Virus record (IMG/VR): IMGVR_UViG_2756170199_000003
Coordinates: 74,881-138,880 of that record
Strand: one strand, 5' to 3'
Source: a virus
Lineage: Duplodnaviria > Caudoviricetes
Length of the DNA stretch: 64,000 nucleotides
A model generated the notes under the pieces. The model saw nothing but the letters and a program-made list of their open reading frames with translations, ran no database searches and was not told where the DNA came from. The translations under genes and the position numbers were made by a program. Of this stretch, positions 49,531 to 58,621 are shown in pieces (within the stretch, counting starts at the first letter, position 1; every line of letters begins with the position of its first letter).

Positions 49531-51078
49531 ATGGCGGAGTTACGCATATCGACACGATCGCATCATTTCGTGGTCGACCAGATGTCGCCCCAGGGCAGGC
49601 AGGCCACGGAGAGATTCGCAAGGCAGTTCATCCACTATGGTCGCCGGCAACGCGCCCAACGCTATAACAGGTACAGCGCCCGCAACGCCCGCTCCGTCAG
49701 CGAGTACTCTGCGTGGCGCGAGGACCGCCGCGAGTGTCGCTTCCATATCAACGTGCTCGAGCGCTTCGAGCAACACCTCAAGGACTACGGACTCGATCAT
49801 GAATCTCTGGTGGAGCGGGTCGCAGAAGTTCCACCTCCTGCATGCAGGATCGCGCTCCTGATTCGCGAAGGCTGGTCGCTGCGTGACTACCAGGAGCCGG
49901 CTGTCAATTACGTCACTGCGGATGCGGGCTCACGATCACGGTTTCTGGGTCTGCAGACTGGCAAGGGCAAGGGGATCACTGCGCTTTTCGCAATCAGGGA
50001 TCTCGCAGTGAGGACGCTCGCCTTCCTGCAACCGAAGTACATCGAAAAATGGGTGATGGACATCCGCGAGATCTGTCAGGTCGAACTCGAAGACGTGATG
50101 GTCGTGCGCGGCGTTCAGCATCTCAAGGCACTCCTCACGATGGCCGGTTCTGGCAGTCTGCACAGCCCGATCGTGATCATCAGCAGCAAGACCATGCAGC
50201 GCTGGATCAACGTCTACGAGCAATATGGCGAGGAGACGCTCAAGATGGGCTACGCCTGCCTGCCTGATCAACTGATGGGTTGGCTTGGGGTGGGCTTGCG
50301 GCTGATCGATGAAGTGCACCAGCATTTTGCGATGCAGTTCCGTCTGGATCTCTATACGCACTGCGAACGTTCGTTGTCGCTTTCTGCAACGCTGCTGCAC
50401 ACCGACGGCTTCCTGAACCGCATGTACGAAGTCGCGTATCCGGACGCGACGCGTTACAACGGGCCGGCCTATGACCGGTATGTTCGCGCCACTGCCCTCT
50501 TCTACCGGTTCAGGCACCCACGACATATCCGCTTTCTCGATCCCCTGAGCCACAGCTATTCGCATTATCGCTTCGAAATGAGCGTAATGAAGGATCCGGC
50601 CGTGCTGGACAGCTATCTGGATCTGATCGACAGCATTGTGAAGTCGAAGTATGAGCTCACTTATCGGCCCGGAGAAAAGCTCGTGATCTTCTTCGGCTCT
50701 GTAGCGATGTGTACGCGCGCGACAGCGTTCTTTCGCGCGCGCTATCCGGGCCGGGATGTACGGCGTTATGTTGAGGAGGATCCGTTCGCGAATGCGATGG
50801 AGCCCGACATGGTCATTACGACCTTACAGTCGTACGGCGCCGCATTTCATCCGAAGGAGCTATCCACCGTCATTCTGACGGTCGCTGTGAACAGCCTCCA
50901 GGCCAATCTGCAGGTCCTCGGACGGCTGCTTCCACTTTCGGCTGGGAAGACTCCGGAATTCATCTATCTGGTCTGCATGGATATCGCACAGCACCGGATC
51001 TATCACGAGAGCAAGGTCGAGCTCTTCCGGCAGCGCGCATTGCACTGCGAAACGCAGTACGTGCATGCGCCGATATGA
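49531..51078 (+). CDS. Superfamily 2 DEAD/DEAH helicase (phiKZ gp75-like)
   Basis: Q motif LRDYQ, QTGKGK, DEVH, SAT and Q.LGR motifs. Confidence 0.88.
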   Translation: MAELRISTRSHHFVVDQMSPQGRQATERFARQFIHYGRRQRAQRYNRYSARNARSVSEYSAWREDRRECRFHINVLERFEQHLKDYGLDHESLVERVAEVPPPACRIALLIREGWSLRDYQEPAVNYVTADAGSRSRFLGLQTGKGKGITALFAIRDLAVRTLAFLQPKYIEKWVMDIREICQVELEDVMVVRGVQHLKALLTMAGSGSLHSPIVIISSKTMQRWINVYEQYGEETLKMGYACLPDQLMGWLGVGLRLIDEVHQHFAMQFRLDLYTHCERSLSLSATLLHTDGFLNRMYEVAYPDATRYNGPAYDRYVRATALFYRFRHPRHIRFLDPLSHSYSHYRFEMSVMKDPAVLDSYLDLIDSIVKSKYELTYRPGEKLVIFFGSVAMCTRATAFFRARYPGRDVRRYVEEDPFANAMEPDMVITTLQSYGAAFHPKELSTVILTVAVNSLQANLQVLGRLLPLSAGKTPEFIYLVCMDIAQHRIYHESKVELFRQRALHCETQYVHAPI

Positions 51079-51220
51079 ACGGCATGCCCCCGTATGTGTG
51101 AAGGCATCCGTTTTAATTAGTAATCCGAACTTAATTGAAACTGGATGTGAACACATATCACGACACCGGAGCACGCCGTGGGGCCGTGCCTTCACTTATT
51201 TACCCAGGAGGGAGATGATC

Positions 51221-51781
51221 ATGCTTACGCTCGTACGCGATGCTGTGCTGGAGCGTCCGGCTGAAAAGCCGGAGTTCGGCAAAAGTGTAGCCGTGCTGGA
51301 GCAGTTTGGCTTTTACGACTACGCAACGATCGGGGTAGCAGACGCCCGTCTGCACTTCACCGTCGGAATGACCGAGGTGAACCTGCCGGAATTTTTCGTA
51401 ACCGGGAACGTGTCAGATGGATATGCCGGGGATCTGTTTGCGGCCGTCAGCAAGGAATTCCTGACGACGAAGGGACGTACCGCGCTTGGGATCCGCGGTG
51501 ACCTGATGCCCTTCCCTGTCGAGTTGCGCCTGATTGCAACGCCTCTGGAGCGGCGGCTGCCGGCCGAAGGGGGCAGCTATGCGGATATGATGAGGTGGCT
51601 CGATTGGCACTGGCCAGGGCGGGTCTGCATGGTGCAGATCATCTGGCCCGACGACAGCGGCCGGTTGCCAGACGAAACAGGGTTTGATGCCACCTGCTGT
51701 CGCCAGACCGTTCATCCACGACTGCCGTTTATCGGTGGCACGGTCTCCGATGCGTGCGCACTCCAGGGAGGCAATGCATGA
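51221..51781 (+). CDS. DUF4262-like protein
   Basis: AGGAGG RBS. FTVGM....PE..V.G and QIIWPD..GRLP motifs. Confidence 0.6.
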   Translation: MLTLVRDAVLERPAEKPEFGKSVAVLEQFGFYDYATIGVADARLHFTVGMTEVNLPEFFVTGNVSDGYAGDLFAAVSKEFLTTKGRTALGIRGDLMPFPVELRLIATPLERRLPAEGGSYADMMRWLDWHWPGRVCMVQIIWPDDSGRLPDETGFDATCCRQTVHPRLPFIGGTVSDACALQGGNA

Positions 51782-52380
51782 GTGCACTCGATACGCTGTA
51801 CCGCAATCGCGACCGGAATCAGGTGGAGTTTGACCGCTTCGAAGGCCAACTGTTGGAGCTTATCAGGAGGTCCCGTGAGAGCGGCCCATTGCCCGCGGCC
51901 ATTCGTGAGTTGCGCGATGTTGCCTCATTGAAAGCTGGCGATGACGAGGCCCGTTGCGTCGCGGTACATCAATGCCAGAGGCTGCTGTGGTGGCTTGCCA
52001 AACCAGCCTGGCAAGTCGACGAGGCGTGTGGACTGGTCTACGGGGTCGATCCCGCTGCGGAGAGAGATGGTGCCGCACAGGCTGGCTGTTATGCACTTGA
52101 CGGACGGCTGCTGACCGCCGATTCGTCAGAGGCGTATCACGCGTGGCTTCTGCTCGAGTCGCTCTATCTCCACATGGAAAACCGGATCGAGCAAGCCATC
52201 ACCGTTTCCGATCTTTCCTGCGAAATCAGTCCGGCTGATTTCATCAACTGGTGCCACGATGAGGGCGTCGACACAAGCTACCTCCGGTTGATCCGCACAC
52301 TTGTTGGTCTTGGCGAAAACCGGCTTGTGGGACGGCTACCACTTGCTGACGTGCAGATCTTCGTCTCAGGCAGGCAATGA
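51778..52380 (+). CDS. Hypothetical protein
   Basis: GGAGG RBS and ATGA coupling, 200 aa. Confidence 0.55.
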   Translation: MSALDTLYRNRDRNQVEFDRFEGQLLELIRRSRESGPLPAAIRELRDVASLKAGDDEARCVAVHQCQRLLWWLAKPAWQVDEACGLVYGVDPAAERDGAAQAGCYALDGRLLTADSSEAYHAWLLLESLYLHMENRIEQAITVSDLSCEISPADFINWCHDEGVDTSYLRLIRTLVGLGENRLVGRLPLADVQIFVSGRQ

Positions 52381-53613
52381 CGAAGCCTGCCGCAGGGTCG
52401 GCCCTTGCACGCGATGGGACTGGGGCACTCCCGGTCCCATCTCTTCCTTCTCATTTTTTTTGTCTTTCCGGCCAGGCTTGACCAGATCCAGGATCCCCTC
52501 GACGTAGGCACGGGTAGTCGCCGTCACGGGCCTTTTGGCTTCGGTTTTCGTGATCGGGGCGACCGAAGCCGCGGGCGTAACTTCACGCAGGCGGCCAGAG
52601 GCCAGCGCTGCGGCAAACCCCACCTGCCAGTTCGGCACCTGACGCGCAACTGCTTCCTCGGCGTTGTAGACGGACAGGCATTCGCCCGACGTATCCACGG
52701 TGTGAGTATTCCCGTCCGTATCCTCGAACGATTTCCCGGCGTTCTGCCTTGCGATAGCGCGTGCCTGTACGACGCGTTGCTTGCGTGCCTGGTCTTCGGC
52801 GCGAGTTTCGTTGCGCTGGCGCAGCTGATGCGAGAAATCGACCGGGTTGTTCAGCAGGGAGCCGAGATAGCAGATCGGACGCTTGGCGAGCTTCAGGTGT
52901 TGCCACGTGACTTCGACGACATCGGAGAGACGCTTACCGGCCTCACGTGCCTGACGCATGAGTTTAAAGATCAGGAAATCAGAAAAACCCAGGGTGCGAA
53001 GGCGCTGAAGATCCGACGGCACCTCGCCCGGTTGTCTCTTTTGAAAAGAAGCAGGGGAAAGATCCTTATATATACCACCGTGTGCCACCGTGGCAGACGG
53101 TGTATTTGCTTCTTCTGGGGTCTTCGGTTCGGCAGTGCTGGCAGTGTCCGCGGTGGCGGTAACGACTGGAGCAGGGCGCGGCTCGATAAGCCCAAGGAGC
53201 TCTGCAGCCTGCCCGGTCAGGTGGAGATATGCGCGGCCAAAGAGACCTGCTTCGACATAGCGGGTCTGGGGACGACGTTCGATAAGTCCGGCCTGTTCGA
53301 GATCGTCCAGGGCACGGTAGAGCGTGCGCATGGATTGGAGGGCCCGGCCGGTAAGGAGCTCTCGGCGGGCAAAAATCGATGCGAAGGGGCGTCCGGCGTC
53401 GACGGTGCGAGCGAGCGCTGAGAGCAGGGCGCGGGCACGTTGCGAGATGCCGTCAATGTGGTTTGCTCGAAATGCGGCGCGGAAGATCACCCACGGAAGA
53501 TTCGTGGTGTCGCACTGGAACGCCGAGAGGGCGTCCTGATCGGCCGGGTCAGCAGGGGCTGGAGAAGGGTGTGTTGATCCCTCGCCAGCAACGAAGTGTT
53601 GCGCGATAGACAT
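52366..53613 (-). CDS. Plasmid replication initiator (Burkholderiaceae 'replication protein O'-like, winged HTH)
   Basis: 415 aa. N-terminal wHTH (SMRTLYRALDDLEQAGLIER), LIFKLM..A...GKRLSDVV. Third gene of a parA-parB-rep cassette. Confidence 0.72.
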   Translation of the reverse strand: MSIAQHFVAGEGSTHPSPAPADPADQDALSAFQCDTTNLPWVIFRAAFRANHIDGISQRARALLSALARTVDAGRPFASIFARRELLTGRALQSMRTLYRALDDLEQAGLIERRPQTRYVEAGLFGRAYLHLTGQAAELLGLIEPRPAPVVTATADTASTAEPKTPEEANTPSATVAHGGIYKDLSPASFQKRQPGEVPSDLQRLRTLGFSDFLIFKLMRQAREAGKRLSDVVEVTWQHLKLAKRPICYLGSLLNNPVDFSHQLRQRNETRAEDQARKQRVVQARAIARQNAGKSFEDTDGNTHTVDTSGECLSVYNAEEAVARQVPNWQVGFAAALASGRLREVTPAASVAPITKTEAKRPVTATTRAYVEGILDLVKPGRKDKKNEKEEMGPGVPQSHRVQGPTLRQASSLPA

Positions 53614-53650
53614 GTCGAGCGTTCCATTTCGAAAAATGGATTGAAAACGC

Positions 53651-53678
53651 TTGACTGGCTATTTCACTGCGCTACACT
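53651..53678 (+). promoter_or_regulatory. Sigma70-like promoter antisense to rep leader
   Basis: TTGACT-N16-TACACT. Confidence 0.55.
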
Positions 53679-53684
53679 CGGGGC

Positions 53685-53795
53685 TTGTCGAAGCGCCTTT
53701 CCAGTTTCCAGCTGGAGAGTGTAGTGAGCGAAGGTTTCCAGCCAAGCCCACTTACGCAAAAGCCCTCAGTTTCCAGCTGGGGGCTTTTGTCTTTC
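53685..53795 (+). ncRNA. Putative counter-transcribed copy-number control RNA (ctRNA)
   Basis: Promoter above, plus terminator CAAAAGCCCTCAG-tttccag-CTGGGGGCTTTTG followed by a T-rich tail, in the parB-rep spacer on the opposite strand. Confidence 0.5.
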
Positions 53796-53863
53796 TGGCA
53801 GTTATTTCACTGTGTCGTCCTTATCCGTACTACGGATCGCAATAAAATCAATCACTTAGTGTT

Positions 53864-54856
53864 TTAAGATTTCACTGCAAGTGTTTCGAGGTGTTGCTTG
53901 ATGGCTTCTTGAACAGCATCTGCGACGGCTTCGGACTGGAATTCGATGCGCATGATGTTTTTTGTCTTGCGCACGTCGCACCACGTACTTTTCCCGGCCT
54001 TTACCTTGTACGACTCGGCGACCACCTTGACTGCCTTGGGCGTCTCGACGGCCTTCGCATATTTGACCGCCTGCCCTTGATCCAACTCACACTCAGAGAG
54101 GCGTCGCACCGCTTCCACAACTCGATCTGTCTTCCCGCCTTCTGCAATGGTTGCCAGCTCCGCTGCCGCGTTGGCACCCATGATTGCCTTGTTGGCTTCG
54201 AGGATTGCGAGTGCTTGCTCGGGCAGGCGGCTGAAAGAGAGAAGGGCGTTGATGTGCGAGCTGCTGATGCCGACGCGCTCACCGAGCTCCGCCTGACTCA
54301 GTTCGGGATGCTTTGCATGGATGCGCGTCAGGCCGATGTACTTCTCATAGTCGGTCAGGTCTGACTGCATCAGGTTAGCCCAGAAGGCGCCGTCATCTGC
54401 TTCGTCACCCGTGGCATCACCCAGTACACAGCGAATGCTCGAACGGCCCAGTTCCCGATAGGCGTCGACCCGATGATGACCCGACTGGATTTCATATCCG
54501 CCTTCCGCACGAGGCAGGATGACAACCAGTTGGATAAGTTTGTTGTGACGCAGGTTCTCCCGCAGCTCGCCGAATTTTTCGGGCGGCATATAGCGTCGGC
54601 GGCCCGCGACTTCATGTATCTGGTCGAGCGGAATCTCGACACCGCTCGGCGAGCCGCTCTGCTTCTGGGCTCGGAGTTCGGCCAACTCCGCGGACATTGC
54701 ATCGATTTCGGCTTGCTTTTCACGCATCGCCGATTGGAACGCCAACGCCCCACCGGGGGCAGTTCTTGGGCGGAAGGGATCACCGGCAGTCGAGTGGGAG
54801 GGCTCAGGGACCTCGATGTCCTTTGTTTTTTCACTGAGTCGTTGTGCGGCGCGCAT
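53864..54856 (-). CDS. parB: ParB/RepB partition protein
   Basis: ParB box YEIQSGHHRV.A, AN..QSDL..YE, HTH SQAELGERVGISSSHI. TAATG coupling with parA. Confidence 0.92.
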   Translation of the reverse strand: MRAAQRLSEKTKDIEVPEPSHSTAGDPFRPRTAPGGALAFQSAMREKQAEIDAMSAELAELRAQKQSGSPSGVEIPLDQIHEVAGRRRYMPPEKFGELRENLRHNKLIQLVVILPRAEGGYEIQSGHHRVDAYRELGRSSIRCVLGDATGDEADDGAFWANLMQSDLTDYEKYIGLTRIHAKHPELSQAELGERVGISSSHINALLSFSRLPEQALAILEANKAIMGANAAAELATIAEGGKTDRVVEAVRRLSECELDQGQAVKYAKAVETPKAVKVVAESYKVKAGKSTWCDVRKTKNIMRIEFQSEAVADAVQEAIKQHLETLAVKS

Positions 54857-56097
54857 TAGACCTCCATCTGGGAAGACGACCACGCTTGAACAAACTGCGA
54901 GTCGATATGCCTGACCAACTGATCCATCGGATCCTTGAATCGCGTGTATGCCGCGACGCTGCCTTCGGGCTTCGTTAGGTCATAGACGGTAGAAAGCTGA
55001 GCAGATGCGCTCTTGGGGACGACCGACTCTGGGATTTCATACGGGAGAACACGATCTCCGTACGCCTTTTGAAGCCAGCCTCGAACAACGCCAGAAAGAT
55101 CATCGTTCTTGGATTTAGTCAGGACGACATTAACAAAGTCGAAGTTCTTCGTCTCGCGCATTGCCGGAACGTGGCGCGCCATTTCCGTGAAGAGAAACCA
55201 GAATTGCGTGGAACTCGCGAAGTCGAGGCCTTCAGGCGGGCAGGGCATCAGTAGTCCGTCAGCCGCCATCAGAGCGTTGATGGTCAAATAACTCAGAGAG
55301 GGCGGGGTGTCGACGATGATTGCATCGTATCTGTCCTTGATGTCGGCCAGACCTTGATTCAGGATGTTCCAGAACGCGAACTCGTGGTCGCCGGCCAGCT
55401 TGCCGGGAATATGAAATTCAGCGCTGAAGAGTCCGGACGACGCGGGGATCAAGTCTAGGTCTTGCCAGTAGGTTTCCTGAATTGCGTAGTCCAGTCCCGA
55501 CTCATCCCCGTAGATCAGAGGCATGAGTGTCTTTTCTTCGCTTATTTCCGTCTCGGGGGAGAAGCCACATAGCTGTGTTGCGGTACCTTGCGGATCACAG
55601 TCAATAACCAGAACCTTTCGGCCGCGCAAAGTGAGTCCCTGTGCCAGCGAGACGGCGGTTGTGGTTTTCGCTACACCACCCTTGAAGTTGGCGACAGTCA
55701 CAACCTTACCGGGCGCGTTTTCTGGTCGCGCAGGACGATTGCCAGCAGCGCGGATGTAACGTAACGTTTCGTCCAAGGTGAAGGTCTTGCTCTTGCCGTT
55801 GCCAATTGATGTGCCGGCGGGGAGGTCGCCCTTCGTGGTCAGGTACTGAAATCGCAGTTTCTCGAGTCCACAAAGGCTCGCGACCTGCGCACTGGTGAAC
55901 GTGGGCGGACGCTTGCGCGGGTATGGTTCCAGCATCCGGTCGCGAATCTGATTGAGTACCCCAGCTGCGCGCTCGGCGACGTCGGCCAAGGTGTCCATGG
56001 ATGCGGCAAAGTCGAGCGCAGGCGGCAGTTTGGTAGCGAGCAAAGTGCTTGCATTCACGAGAGAAACCTCTTGATTGTGAATTCCTCGGTTTTTCAA
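54856..56097 (-). CDS. parA: ParA/RepA type Ia partition ATPase with N-terminal HTH
   Basis: NFKGGVAKTT, VIDCDPQG, IVDTPP. N-terminal MerR-like HTH. Exact start uncertain. Confidence 0.95.
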   Translation of the reverse strand: MKNRGIHNQEVSLVNASTLLATKLPPALDFAASMDTLADVAERAAGVLNQIRDRMLEPYPRKRPPTFTSAQVASLCGLEKLRFQYLTTKGDLPAGTSIGNGKSKTFTLDETLRYIRAAGNRPARPENAPGKVVTVANFKGGVAKTTTAVSLAQGLTLRGRKVLVIDCDPQGTATQLCGFSPETEISEEKTLMPLIYGDESGLDYAIQETYWQDLDLIPASSGLFSAEFHIPGKLAGDHEFAFWNILNQGLADIKDRYDAIIVDTPPSLSYLTINALMAADGLLMPCPPEGLDFASSTQFWFLFTEMARHVPAMRETKNFDFVNVVLTKSKNDDLSGVVRGWLQKAYGDRVLPYEIPESVVPKSASAQLSTVYDLTKPEGSVAAYTRFKDPMDQLVRHIDSQFVQAWSSSQMEV

Positions 56098-56910
56098 AAA
56101 AGCACCATCAACCGAAGAATGTGTCGCACGACAGAATTTTGGTGAACTCTAGCCGGTTAACGGGGCGAGAGCAAGTTAACTTTCCGATGGCCAAGCCCCG
56201 TCGGGTAAGGTCTTGGCGGGAAAAGCTAGAGATCGGTTGAAGATCAGATCAATCCGTGAAACATTGTTGGAAGAAGTTTGAGGGACTTGAACCCTATATA
56301 GAGCGGGGGTTTGAGGGCCACGACACCGTTTTGTTTCACGCAGAATCGGCGCCGGATAGGGCGCAAGTACCCTGGAGAGTGCGACAAGGTGTTCGCAAAC
56401 CCCAAAATCGGCCCTCGTGTGTCGGCAATGTAGTGTTCAATACGTAAATCGTAGTTTCGGTCTTTCGGGGTGATTTGAAGCGGTTCGCCTGCTGACCGTG
56501 CTGCAGTTGGCAGCGCAAGCGGAGCAGGGAATGCAGATAGGGCGGCGCCGGCTTACGCTGTCCGGACAGCCAGAACCCAGAGTTGAGTGAACAGGTGGTT
56601 GGTCGATCTGCCTGATGGCAGGGAAGGGTGGTTGACGTCGATCCGTGCTGAATTGGTCGATAGCTGGAAAAGTTGTTGAGGTTGGGGAAGCCGAAGCTAC
56701 AGATGCGCCCATGTGGACCGCTCCGACACATGATCAGTCCCGCCAGTATTTTCTACCCGCAGCCATACACGTCTCGTGAACCGCACCCCGTCATGGCGCG
56801 ACCAACCGGGCCAGCATCGTATGGGGTGGCCGCGTCCGAACTCATTGCTACCGAACGTTCCAGCGACCGGGCGTGTCCACCAGTGTGATGACGCGTAAGG
56901 GGGAGGGGGC

Positions 56911-57228
56911 ATGACTGCGGCTGATCTGAAGGACACGGACAAGGTCACATTGCGGGTTGAGCGTGCGATCCCGCTGTGGGGTGTGCTTACTGGAATGAGT
57001 GCATTGATCGCGACGGGAGTGTCAGTCATCTGGCACGTCGCCGACATCGCACACGACGTCGCTACAATGCGGGACGTTGGAATTGAGATACGTGCTGAGC
57101 TGAAGGAAGAGAACGCGCAGCTGGTAGCACTGGATGCACGGCTGACGCGGGTCGAAACACTGACGCAGGAACACCAGGACGCGATCTCGCGTTATCGCAA
57201 CGAGAAGTCGAACGAGAGAAGCCGCTAG
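56911..57228 (+). CDS. Small membrane-anchored coiled-coil protein
   Basis: GGAGG RBS. One hydrophobic segment followed by a heptad-rich helix. Confidence 0.5.
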   Translation: MTAADLKDTDKVTLRVERAIPLWGVLTGMSALIATGVSVIWHVADIAHDVATMRDVGIEIRAELKEENAQLVALDARLTRVETLTQEHQDAISRYRNEKSNERSR

Positions 57229-57257
57229 TCGCGACAATTGAACGTATCAGGAATGAC

Positions 57258-57650
57258 GTGAAAAGAAGCAAGGGAAATAAACTTGAAGTCGTAGGAGTGC
57301 GGCTCGATCCGGCCATTGCGCACCGGTTGCGTCTGCTGGCATCGGTCACTGGTCGCAAGCAGTCGGTCTTCTTGCAGCAGATTATCGAGAACGGACTCGG
57401 CGCGATCGAGCAGGCGCATCTGCCGCCGCAGATGCTTGAGGAGATTCGTGCTGGGAAGCTGCCCGCAGTTCCGGGCGAGGCGGTCACTGAAACTGCGCCG
57501 GACCTGTTCGGTATCTCGCCGGCATCCGCGAAGCAGGTTGCGACGAGACGGCCGCGGGCCCGGAGGAGGGTGGAAGTGGAGGGTGGGACCGAAGCGAGCG
57601 AAGCCGGTCCGCTCTTCCAGTTGAGCGGATTACAATCTGCAGATCGTTGA
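57258..57650 (+). CDS. Ribbon-helix-helix (CopG-like) DNA-binding protein
   Basis: VVGVRLD...AHRL..LA..TGRKQS.FLQ.IIE pattern. Confidence 0.65.
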   Translation: MKRSKGNKLEVVGVRLDPAIAHRLRLLASVTGRKQSVFLQQIIENGLGAIEQAHLPPQMLEEIRAGKLPAVPGEAVTETAPDLFGISPASAKQVATRRPRARRRVEVEGGTEASEAGPLFQLSGLQSADR

Positions 57651-57684
57651 ACGTTGGCCCGAGACGGCCTGAACGGGGAACCGG

Positions 57685-57999
57685 ATGCCTGTCTACTGCG
57701 AATATGAAAACGGCTGGACGCTTGCGATGAGTGACGGATCCTGCACGCGGGCCGTTCCCAGTGTGTTCCGGTTCGGCAGACTGTTCTATGGTCGCCCCAC
57801 GATTGAATTCTGGCAGTTCGGTGGTGCCAAGGGAATGCGTGCCTTTGGTCCCGGCGAAACGGAAAACTCCGTGCGCGCCTTCCTCGTTGAACGCGGTTTC
57901 ATTGAGGCGCGTCGCTATCACGCCGATGGTGATGTCGACCTCGAGCACATCGCGGAAATTCTTGGTTTGACGGCGGCGCCGGTCGGGGAGGGCGAGTGA
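57685..57999 (+). CDS. Hypothetical protein
   Basis: 104 aa, GTGA-coupled to the next ORF. Confidence 0.45.
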   Translation: MPVYCEYENGWTLAMSDGSCTRAVPSVFRFGRLFYGRPTIEFWQFGGAKGMRAFGPGETENSVRAFLVERGFIEARRYHADGDVDLEHIAEILGLTAAPVGEGE

Positions 58000-58304
58000 C
58001 GAAAATCGCTGTCCGGTTCGATCCGGGTTTCATGCTGGCCAGCATCGAACTGTGGCGTCAGTCCATCGGCTTCAAGATCACCATGAGGGACGAGTTCAAG
58101 ATCCACATCATGGAAAACCGCCGGTCGATCCTTGAGGGCTATGTGACTTCGGCTGGCATGTGGCTTTCGATGCTAGGCGCGATGCAGCCGGGTGATCTCG
58201 GTGCTGAAGCCGAGCTGCGTTCGGTGCGTGCTGAAGTAGAGGACTTTGCCGCGTGGGCCGAGAGCGAGCTGTCTGTGCTGGATGATCTGGGACAAGAAAA
58301 CTGA
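57996..58304 (+). CDS. Hypothetical protein
   Basis: 102 aa with GGAGG upstream. Confidence 0.5.
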   Translation: MTKIAVRFDPGFMLASIELWRQSIGFKITMRDEFKIHIMENRRSILEGYVTSAGMWLSMLGAMQPGDLGAEAELRSVRAEVEDFAAWAESELSVLDDLGQEN

Positions 58305-58621
58305 ACAGGTGCCTGCCCGTCGGTCACTGCCGACGGGCGACGTGCAAGCATCTGATTCGCAACGACAGACGGCGCAGCGCGCCAACATTGTCCACAGCTT
58401 TATGAACCGAAATTTTATAGCGGACTTCAGCAAAATCGCTGTTGAGACCGTGCTTCGGTGAGCTGACTAAACGCTAGTAGTATTTAGCGGTGGTCGTGTA
58501 AGTTGAATTTATCTTGACGGGCGTGGATCACGTCTAAGGTGTCGGAGGCGTGTGTACGAATTGCGAACTGCTTACGAAATAGCTGACCCAACGAATCACC
58601 AATGACGCAAGGGCTCCTGAC

